NCBI GenBank assembly: GCA_017303895.1
Contig: JAFLBF010000014.1
Span: 3,504-67,503 of the forward strand
Reading direction: 5' to 3'
Source of the DNA: Bacteroidota bacterium
Lineage (GTDB): Bacteria; Bacteroidota; Bacteroidia; 2-12-FULL-35-15
DNA length: 64,000 nt
The translations under genes were made by a program, and so were the position numbers. Below the pieces are notes generated by a model. That model ran no database searches. It saw nothing but the letters and a program-made list of their open reading frames with translations, and was not told the DNA's origin. This document shows positions 53,046 to 60,354 of the stretch, piece by piece. The stretch's first letter is position 1; each line of letters starts with the position of its first letter.

Positions 53046-53906
53046 TTATTGTGAATTTTTATCGTCTAGCCTGATAACTCCTAAATTTTCAGGAAAAATT
53101 AAGTATTGATCCATGTTTAATGGCATTTTTTCAAAAATAAACCTGTGAGTTGATTCCGAAGAATCTATAATTAATCCATTTTGGATCTGTCTTAATTCAT
53201 TGTTTTTAACTTCAGAATTTTTATGATGCAGATATAGGCAATAGTCTCTTGTTAGTGGAAAATATAATTCAGCTTCTAAAGGAATTAAAAATTCATAATA
53301 TCCGTTATTTTCAATGATAATAGGATTGTCACTTGTAACCCATCCATAGTTATTATAGTCTTTTAGAATGCAGTAGTCAAATTTTTGTAATATATAATTG
53401 AAATGCCGCATCGACATTAGCATCAAATAGTTTAGTCTATCATCAGGTGCAATATTATCAACATGGTAAATAGCACTTTTTTGTGAGTCATTTATAAAAA
53501 AAGCGATTTCTTTAAGTAGCTTTTCTTTAGTCTCAATATTTGTATAGTAATTGTTAATTCTAGTCCTCATCATTTCTGTTCTACATATTGTGTTAGCAAC
53601 AAATTGCTTTAATAGAATTTCAGATTTATGGCTTAGTGATTCTTTTAAATATAGCTCATCAATTATTTTGTTATAGTATGTTTCTAACTGACCATTTAAA
53701 TTTTCAAAAACACTTGGATTAATGGAGGGAATGGTAGACAATTGAAAGAAATGTGGCTTATTTAAAAAGCTAGCTACATTTTTTAAGGCTGTTCTAGGAA
53801 GCCCTTTTTCCCAAACACATAGCTTTAATTGTCCGTTGTAATCGAACGCAAATTTCTTTAGATATACTTCTCCTAATATGTGATGCCTTCTTTTTGATTT
53901 TTGCAT
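53046..53906 (-). CDS. DUF4238 domain protein.
   Basis: The N-terminal RRHHILGEVYLKKF matches the DUF4238 HH.vP..YL..F signature. It is 286 aa. Confidence 0.5.
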   Translation of the reverse strand: MQKSKRRHHILGEVYLKKFAFDYNGQLKLCVWEKGLPRTALKNVASFLNKPHFFQLSTIPSINPSVFENLNGQLETYYNKIIDELYLKESLSHKSEILLKQFVANTICRTEMMRTRINNYYTNIETKEKLLKEIAFFINDSQKSAIYHVDNIAPDDRLNYLMLMSMRHFNYILQKFDYCILKDYNNYGWVTSDNPIIIENNGYYEFLIPLEAELYFPLTRDYCLYLHHKNSEVKNNELRQIQNGLIIDSSESTHRFIFEKMPLNMDQYLIFPENLGVIRLDDKNSQ

Positions 53907-53911
53907 AGATT

Positions 53912-54748
53912 TTAGATTAAGTCAATTATATCTTGTATTTTTTGAATTGAAGTTGGCAGGTATTTATTATCATGTAAAAAGTGGCGAGTTTGTGAATATG
54001 CAGTCCTTATGTTTTTAGTTTGATAGCTTACCCCATCTCTTTTTACGAAAAATTTTTCGATAATGCTGGGGTAGTCATACCCTTTATATTGGGGTTTGTT
54101 ATTCGATAATTTTATGACAAGAAAAACTAATTGTCTTGTTGTGCCAAGCCATTTTATTTTAGAGATATCTAGGAAATTATTCGTTTGAAAAATATAAATA
54201 TTATTTGAGTCAGCATTTAGAAGCTTTAGTTCAACAAGTTTATTAATTATTAATGCTAATTGCTCATGATTAATATGTTCAAACCAATTGCTTTTAAAAC
54301 ATTTGTTTTCCGAATTAACAAACACTCTTTCTCCTTCTACCCATTTCATTATCCTATCCAATCTTTCTGTATTATCAAATGGGCTAGAAGCTTGGACGTA
54401 TTCATAGACATAACCTTCTATGAATGAAGGAAAGTATCCTGCCCCCTTATATTGGGACTTCTGATAGCTTAAAAACGATGTAATTCTGGGTGTTGGGTAT
54501 GCTATAAGTGTAATAGCAAGAAATCGAAGGTAATCTGGATTATCTTGCCTAATTATGATTGAAATAGAAGCTTTGTAATGCTCTTTTAGATTTATCTTGT
54601 TTCTACGACAGTATAAATACAAGGTATCAACCAATTTTTGTCCAAAAGATTTCTGCTTAGCATTAACTTTATTGGAATTGATTACTTGCTCTATATTCTT
54701 CAGTGTTTTAACTAAATCTATATCATATGGTTCACTGTAGATTTGCAT
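53912..54748 (-). CDS. RteC-like regulatory protein (Bacteroidota mobile-element associated).
   Basis: The C-terminal region (KWLGTTRQLVFLVIKL...IIEKFFVKRDGVSYQT..IRTAYSQTRHF) resembles the RteC winged-helix region. It is recalled from memory, so the call is modest. Confidence 0.3.
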   Translation of the reverse strand: MQIYSEPYDIDLVKTLKNIEQVINSNKVNAKQKSFGQKLVDTLYLYCRRNKINLKEHYKASISIIIRQDNPDYLRFLAITLIAYPTPRITSFLSYQKSQYKGAGYFPSFIEGYVYEYVQASSPFDNTERLDRIMKWVEGERVFVNSENKCFKSNWFEHINHEQLALIINKLVELKLLNADSNNIYIFQTNNFLDISKIKWLGTTRQLVFLVIKLSNNKPQYKGYDYPSIIEKFFVKRDGVSYQTKNIRTAYSQTRHFLHDNKYLPTSIQKIQDIIDLI

Positions 54749-54846
54749 TTATTATTAATCATATTTTAGAAAAATAGGGATATATTTGCGATTATTAAAA
54801 GCCCCTGTCATTCGTCAGCATTGTATTTTTGGATAAAATGTCGAAA

Positions 54847-54870
54847 AATTTTGACAATATTGTCAAAATT
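54847..54870. promoter_or_regulatory. 24-bp perfect palindrome, an operator candidate.
   Basis: aattttgacaatattgtcaaaatt is exactly self-complementary. It lies in the divergent intergenic region between 54748 and 55023. Confidence 0.5.
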
Positions 54871-55022
54871 AAGTACATTTGTGGCATAATTGTTATGTAG
54901 ATATGTAACATATATGTAATAATTAGTGTATAAGTAAAGCGGTCAATACCATTTTTTAGCGAAATTGTTATTATAAATTGCTATTTGTATTTTATATTAT
55001 TAAGTACTTATAACACAAAAAA

Positions 55023-55181
55023 ATGAGAACAATAGAGATTAAAACCCAAGTAAAAGATCCTAAAGTGATAGAAATCATTAAGGATGCAAAGGCTAAAAAG
55101 CAAGCTATCCACGCTCTTTTAGTTAGCGGAGTTCCTATATCTGAAATCCCAGAAGAATTAAAAATTTCTTTACAAAAATAG
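55023..55181 (+). CDS. Small ORF (52 aa) not in the supplied track.
   Basis: ATG at 55023 through TAG at 55181 gives MRTIEIKTQVKDPKVIEIIKDAKAKKQAIHALLVSGVPISEIPEELKISLQK. It sits 3 bp before the next ORF. Confidence 0.3.
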   Translation: MRTIEIKTQVKDPKVIEIIKDAKAKKQAIHALLVSGVPISEIPEELKISLQK

Positions 55182-55184
55182 GAA

Positions 55185-55670
55185 ATGTATCATCGTTACG
55201 AGTATTCTGTAACTGATGGGGATGTCCATTCATATAAATTTACTGATTATCCTGTAACATTAATACTGGCGCCAGCTCATTACACATTAAGTGGAATTGA
55301 GCCATCTCTTAACTTATATAGCATAGACCTCCTTCGGACAGGAGATAAGATGAATTGTAATTGTGGAGAAACAGTATGTAAAATTTTAGTCGATTTTGTT
55401 AATAATAATAAGAAATGTTCTTTGGGCTTTTATCCTAGTTATAAAGATAATAAGGAAGACGCAAGGTGCTGCTTGTTTAATAAATGGTTAACTAAATATG
55501 TTTTAGATGAAAATATTACAACAATAAAGAATGTTTTAACTTTTCCGACTGAAACAGGAAAAACTAAAGAGGAGCTAACCCTTCAAGTTTTTATGCACGA
55601 TGAGTATGAATATGGAGACTTGATGCTATCGAATTTAAATGCTATTTCAAAAACAATTGCATCTAAATAG
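55185..55670 (+). CDS. Hypothetical Cys-containing protein (161 aa).
   Basis: It has the Cys cluster NCNCGETVC...KCS...RCC. No family was recognised. Confidence 0.4.
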   Translation: MYHRYEYSVTDGDVHSYKFTDYPVTLILAPAHYTLSGIEPSLNLYSIDLLRTGDKMNCNCGETVCKILVDFVNNNKKCSLGFYPSYKDNKEDARCCLFNKWLTKYVLDENITTIKNVLTFPTETGKTKEELTLQVFMHDEYEYGDLMLSNLNAISKTIASK

Positions 55671-55775
55671 TTTTTCGTTAATAATCCCAAAGGATGCTGT
55701 TTTAGAAAGAGGAATCAGTTATAGGTAGAATTTGTGAAAAATACATGTATTATTCCTTATCAATTATATTAATTG

Positions 55776-55783
55776 TAACTTTG
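55776..55783 (+). promoter_or_regulatory. Bacteroidota-type -7 promoter box (TAACTTTG).
   Basis: It matches TAnnTTTG and lies about 22 to 40 nt upstream of candidate start codons at 55805 and 55823. Confidence 0.4.
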
Positions 55784-55804
55784 TCTATAGTGCTTAATTG
55801 AAAA

Positions 55805-56251
55805 GTGATAAATATTAAAATTATGACACCCGATATTTTTATACCATTCTCTGTTAGATTTTCTTTGAAGATATTTACGCTTCCTAGTGTTGGAAAATTG
55901 CTAGGGAATTTGTTATATAAGATTAAAGACCAATATGTTTTTTTGAATTTTGCTTTAAAGGGGATAAAGGACGAATTAATAAAAAACAAAATTCAAATGA
56001 ACGGGAAGGAGATTAAAAAAATTACTAGTCTTAAAAAACTATTAAGTGTAGTAGGTTCCTCTATAAGTGAGAATGAAAGTCAAAATTTGTTATCAATAAA
56101 GGAAAATGTTATGTCTTCTATTGCTACCATTGATGAAATTCTTTTAATTATTAAAGAAAAAGAAGAACATAAAGAGTTGAAGCAAAATTTATTTAACTAT
56201 TCTGAGCTTGCAATAAATTCTCATTTGACAAAGTATAGTAAAGCAATATGA
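55805..56251 (+). CDS. Hypothetical protein; putative cognate partner (antitoxin?) of the downstream MazF-like gene.
   Basis: It is 148 aa and its stop overlaps the start of the next gene (ATGA at 56248-56251). It bears no resemblance to MazE, AbrB or RHH antitoxins. Confidence 0.4.
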   Translation: MINIKIMTPDIFIPFSVRFSLKIFTLPSVGKLLGNLLYKIKDQYVFLNFALKGIKDELIKNKIQMNGKEIKKITSLKKLLSVVGSSISENESQNLLSIKENVMSSIATIDEILLIIKEKEEHKELKQNLFNYSELAINSHLTKYSKAI

Positions 56252-56607
56252 AGATTAGCAGAAGAGATGTTGTTGAGGTCGTATTCGCTTCTAATACAAA
56301 AGCTAGTCATCCTGTTATTGTTCTTTCACCAGAAGAGATTAATTCAGAAGAAGAGAGCTTTTTGGGAGTTATGATTACAGATTCACTATATTTTGATGTA
56401 AACAATGATTTCAGCTTTCCACTAGACGATTCAATGTTTGTAAAACCTTTAAAGGAAAAGAGTTCAAAAGCGAGACTTTATTTGGTTAATTTTTTGCCTA
56501 ATAGTTCTGTCGTTAATAAGGCTAAAATTAATGAGATGAAAATAGATGCTTTTAAGCAGTTAATAAAAGACTTAAATTTAAAAGTTTTTGATATTAATAT
56601 TTCTTGA
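56248..56607 (+). CDS. MazF/PemK-like toxin-fold protein.
   Basis: MKISRRDVVEVVFASNTKASHPVIVLSPEEIN...GVMITD parallels the PemK/MazF pattern R.GDIv.v.F.p..G.E...RPalVlSp...N.....vivcPiT. Confidence 0.5.
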   Translation: MKISRRDVVEVVFASNTKASHPVIVLSPEEINSEEESFLGVMITDSLYFDVNNDFSFPLDDSMFVKPLKEKSSKARLYLVNFLPNSSVVNKAKINEMKIDAFKQLIKDLNLKVFDINIS

Positions 56608-56654
56608 TTTATCTGCACCATCCCACCTTTCTTTTTTATTTTTATTTCTAATAA

Positions 56655-57629
56655 ATGGACGAAAAAACATTTCATAATTTATCGGATGATGAATTAATTC
56701 ATGGGATGAAATTATCGTTAGAAAATTCGAACAAGCATTTTAAAGCAGCTATTTCAATTGAAAAGGAAGAGCTTTATGGTATTGCTAATTCTCATTTGAT
56801 ATTGAGTTCAGAAGAAGGGATCAAGGCACTCTTATTCCTAACCAAATTTTTAAAAATTGAACTTGAGAATATAGATATCAGTCCGTTTTTCAAGAAGCAT
56901 GCCCCAAAACATAAAGTCGCAAAAGAGGTATATTGGGAATTTAAGTATTACAACCAAATTATGGACTCTGTACTGAAGGAGTTAGCGAGTAAAAAAGATA
57001 AGTACATAACTTTTAAAAATGGAATCCCCTCCCTTGATAATGAAAAATTAAAACAAGATTATGTAAGGGGGCTAGCATTAAATAAAAGGCAATTATTGGT
57101 AAGTCATATTAGAAATAATTGGGAGGTTGAAGAACAAGAACAGAAGTGGTGGAATAAAGCCGATTATTATAAAAATAGAGGTTTCTACGTTAATTTTTAT
57201 AATAGGAAATGGGAATCACCAGATGATATTACTAAAGAAATATATTTTGAAAGTAAAAAAATAGTGACAACAATTGTTGAGTTTATGAATGCATGTTGCA
57301 CAAGACAAGATTTAAATGATATACAAGAAACTTTACCCAGCTTACAGATGCCGACAATAGAACTTCATAGCAAAATATTACCTAGTGGTCATAAATTAGA
57401 TCATATTATTATCACGGAGATTCCAAATGCAGATGGAAGTGATATTGATTATAAAATTGAATATGTGGATTGGACTGATATTGATAAGAAAAGAATTCAT
57501 GTAGGAACTTGTTGTTTGACTTTAGGCAGTATATCTTTTGAAAAGTCAGAACCTGTTGGTATTCCAGTTGGTGCAATTAAATTAGCCTGCGAATGGGTTG
57601 AGCAAAGGATGGGAGAAGAGAGAGTATAG
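56655..57629 (+). CDS. HEPN-domain (AbiV-like) protein with an extra C-terminal domain.
   Basis: The N-terminal helical region is HEPN/AbiV-like (LENSNKHFKAAISIEKEELYGIANSHLILSSEEGIKALLF). The R-x5-H motif is present (KRQLLVSH). It is 324 aa. Confidence 0.35.
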   Translation: MDEKTFHNLSDDELIHGMKLSLENSNKHFKAAISIEKEELYGIANSHLILSSEEGIKALLFLTKFLKIELENIDISPFFKKHAPKHKVAKEVYWEFKYYNQIMDSVLKELASKKDKYITFKNGIPSLDNEKLKQDYVRGLALNKRQLLVSHIRNNWEVEEQEQKWWNKADYYKNRGFYVNFYNRKWESPDDITKEIYFESKKIVTTIVEFMNACCTRQDLNDIQETLPSLQMPTIELHSKILPSGHKLDHIIITEIPNADGSDIDYKIEYVDWTDIDKKRIHVGTCCLTLGSISFEKSEPVGIPVGAIKLACEWVEQRMGEERV

Positions 57630-57652
57630 TTTGTAATTCAATATTATCAATG

Positions 57653-57794
57653 ATTTTAGATTAAAAATTATAATTATGCCAAATTTTGGCAATTAAACAG
57701 CCTGAATTTTACTAGAGATTAAAAATATTGGATTTTTAATTCCAAAACGGGTGATAAAATTAGGTTTTTAGAAGTATTCGGATTTTAGGTGTTT
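57653..57794 (+). repeat. Copy A of a ~142-bp imperfect direct repeat.
   Basis: It aligns with 59406-59549. The first ~75 nt are about 85% identical, the middle diverges and the 3' end shares cggattttaggtgtt. It contains the palindrome tgccaaattttggca. Confidence 0.7.
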
Positions 57795-57863
57795 TGCATC
57801 AAAAATGATGTAAAATAAGCTTTACTTAAATAATTTGGGGAAACCTCATGACACAACAACTCT

Positions 57864-58811
57864 ATGCAACCAGATCCTCTTGACTTTTGGAAAAAATATG
57901 AGTTAGTAAGTAGCTCCCAAACTTATTCTATGGAAAAGAGTAAAAGTAAAATTTGTAGATATTGCGATAAGACAGATAAAGAAACAACTTTTACACAAGA
58001 CACTCATTTACTTCCAGAACTTATAGGCGAGAATAACATCCTTACTTTTGATGAATGTGACAAATGCAACAAATTATTCAGCGATTATGAAAGTAGTTTT
58101 TCAATTTTTATACGACCGTATATTACTCTTATTGGCGTAAAGGGTAAAAAGAAGATTCCTAAGTTTCAGTCTCGGACAATTAATAGAAATGAAGAAACAC
58201 GAACAACTCTCATACACAAAAAAGACAATCAGAAAGAGTTGCATATTCAATCTATTGACGATTATTCGTTAAATACAAAAGATAAAACATTTGACATCGT
58301 TTTTAGAAAACCACCTTTTATCCCTTTGAAAGTGTACAAAACTCTTTTGAAAATAGGATTGTCACTATTACCGATAAAATTTGACAAATTCAACAAAAAT
58401 TCATTTGCTTGGCTTACTAATAGGCAAGATGATTTGACATTTATTCCCCAAGGATTTATAACATCTTTAAAAAGAAGATCTTTCACTGAGCCTTCTGCTT
58501 ATTTATATAGAGCAAAAAAAATATTTATAGGCAAAGAGGAGTTTCCAGAATATATTCTAATTCTCTGTTTTGCAAATCAAATCTTTCAAATTTTCCTGCC
58601 ATTTTCTGACGAGTTTAAAAAGATTCATTTTGAACAACGACAACTTGTTTTAAATCTATTTCCAGCCTTTGTATTTGATAAAATCAAAATGTCACAAATC
58701 GTTGAAATAAAGGCATATGACTTTAGTGTTACAACATCAGTAACTGAGAATCACAAAATTTCATTCAGTTATCAAGATGCTCAAATAAATATTCCCGAGA
58801 AAAATAGCTAA
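57864..58811 (+). CDS. Protein with an N-terminal HNH-nuclease-like zinc-finger motif and an unknown C-terminal domain.
   Basis: CRYCDK...DTHLLPELIGENNILTFDECDKCN fits the HNH pattern C.C...(D)H..P...GG...N....C.CN. About 260 aa of unrecognised sequence follow. Confidence 0.45.
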   Translation: MQPDPLDFWKKYELVSSSQTYSMEKSKSKICRYCDKTDKETTFTQDTHLLPELIGENNILTFDECDKCNKLFSDYESSFSIFIRPYITLIGVKGKKKIPKFQSRTINRNEETRTTLIHKKDNQKELHIQSIDDYSLNTKDKTFDIVFRKPPFIPLKVYKTLLKIGLSLLPIKFDKFNKNSFAWLTNRQDDLTFIPQGFITSLKRRSFTEPSAYLYRAKKIFIGKEEFPEYILILCFANQIFQIFLPFSDEFKKIHFEQRQLVLNLFPAFVFDKIKMSQIVEIKAYDFSVTTSVTENHKISFSYQDAQINIPEKNS

Positions 58812-58825
58812 TCAACAAATAATTA

Positions 58826-59323
58826 ATGAAACATTTTATACTTTATAACCAAATTAAAGACAAGTCAATTGATTCACTTCTGAAAAGAATAGGAAGAAAC
58901 GAGAAAAAAGTCATTTGTGATTTAAAATTCATAGATTTAATTTATGGAAAACAATCAATGAATGGCGTTTATGTGATATTTGACCCATCTGACAAACCCG
59001 CTTATGTTGGAAAAACAGGAAGCAGAGCAATTTTGGAGAGAATGGCAGCTCATTATGATCTTAGACAAAATGCGTTCATGAATTCGTTTTTATGCGCTTT
59101 GGCAGGATTTAAAAAAAGTCGAAGTGGACACCAAGCAACAGATAAAGAAATAAAACAGGCTTACGAGGAATCATTGAAATATAAAATGTTATTTATTGAG
59201 ATTCCAGATAAAGCGATTATAAATAGGCTAGAGAGAATAATTTCTAAGGAATTAAACCCTCCACTTAATAGCATAAAAGGGAAAAATGAATACGATTTAA
59301 ATACAAAAATCAAAAATATTTAA
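58826..59323 (+). CDS. GIY-YIG nuclease domain protein (165 aa).
   Basis: GVYVIFDPSDKPAYVGKTGSRAILER provides the GIY...YIG motif plus Arg. A downstream segment (LFIEIPDKAIINRLERIISKELNPPLN) supplies the Glu and Asn. Confidence 0.55.
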   Translation: MKHFILYNQIKDKSIDSLLKRIGRNEKKVICDLKFIDLIYGKQSMNGVYVIFDPSDKPAYVGKTGSRAILERMAAHYDLRQNAFMNSFLCALAGFKKSRSGHQATDKEIKQAYEESLKYKMLFIEIPDKAIINRLERIISKELNPPLNSIKGKNEYDLNTKIKNI

Positions 59324-59405
59324 AACTAAAAAAATTGAGTGCAAATAGGTTGGAAAAATATAAGTAAAAAGAATAAAAAAAGTCTACAATCCAATGTTAT
59401 CAGTC

Positions 59406-59549
59406 ATTTTAGATTAAAAATTATAATCATGCCAAATTTTGGCAAAAAAACAGCCTAAATCTTACTAAAGTTTTAAAACTAAGAATTTTTAACGTCCGAA
59501 ATGGCTGTTAATATTGAATTTTGAGAGACCTGCGGATTTTAGGTGTTAT
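59406..59549 (+). repeat. Copy B of the ~142-bp imperfect direct repeat.
   Basis: See copy A. It contains atgccaaattttggcaa and ends cggattttaggtgtt. It is located upstream of the gene starting at 59614. Confidence 0.7.
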
Positions 59550-59613
59550 TTATTTGTTTTGCTTGAAAATCAGTCCTTTATTTTGCCTTATTTTTACAAA
59601 AAAATTAAATCTC

Positions 59614-60354
59614 ATGAATTTTGCTTTTGTCGTTATCGGTCTTGTACTCGGTGGTTTGGGTACCCTCATCTGCCTCGTTTTTACTATTATCGCCCTTAGT
59701 GGCGGAAAAACTAAGAATGCTGCTTCCTGGGGAATCGGCTTTGCCGTGTCCATCTCCTTGCTCATTTTTTCTATCGTTAGCCTGGTCAACAGCATTTCCG
59801 ATAAAGTAAAAACCGGTGTGGAATGGTTGGAACAGCATGAAAACCAAACCTATGATGATATGAATGTGGACTATCAGGCACAGGACAGAGCCAACATGAT
59901 CGATACCCTGAAAGCTTATACCAATGAAATGTATGCCGATAAAGTGCCTGCTGATTTTTATTCATCTGCAAAAGTAGAGATCGATTCCAACGGTATCATG
60001 GTGGTTCCTTTCTTGTATCCGTACTCCTTAAGAATAAACACTTACACCAGCCTGGCGGATATTGTGGTGGATGCCAAAGACAGCATGTTTGTACAAAATG
60101 TATCGCAATTCTCCTTCGACCAAAACTTTGTGATCGCCCGCATCGACAATGCACAATCCAAAGATCTGTTGAAAAAAGGTCATGCCGAAATTGAATACCT
60201 GCTATTTGATATGCGTACCGGCAATTATGAAAATGCCAATAATATGGAAATGCTCATGGACTTTGCCAACCGCATTGGTTTTGTGGGTCCCAAAGATTTA
60301 AGATACATTTCAGAAGATTATACCGGCTGGTTTGATTATGAGCAATATGATTAA
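59614..60354 (+). CDS. Hypothetical protein with an N-terminal double-TM anchor.
   Basis: Two TM helices (FAFVVIGLVLGGLGTLICLVFTIIAL, WGIGFAVSISLLIFSIVSLV) precede a ~180-aa soluble domain. The start was set at the ATG at 59614. Confidence 0.45.
   Translation: MNFAFVVIGLVLGGLGTLICLVFTIIALSGGKTKNAASWGIGFAVSISLLIFSIVSLVNSISDKVKTGVEWLEQHENQTYDDMNVDYQAQDRANMIDTLKAYTNEMYADKVPADFYSSAKVEIDSNGIMVVPFLYPYSLRINTYTSLADIVVDAKDSMFVQNVSQFSFDQNFVIARIDNAQSKDLLKKGHAEIEYLLFDMRTGNYENANNMEMLMDFANRIGFVGPKDLRYISEDYTGWFDYEQYD

Noticed and set aside
55750-55989. 79-aa minus-strand ORF overlapping the promoter and start of the 55805 gene.
   Set aside because: It is AT-rich low-complexity and antisense to a gene with a good -7 box. 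It is likely spurious.
46582-59550. Search for a tRNA-Asp-derived direct repeat (att site) at the far island border and for an integrase.
   Set aside because: No segment of the tRNA sequence recurs near 59.4-59.6 kb or elsewhere. No recombinase-like ORF was found. The island is therefore not called a bona fide integrative element.
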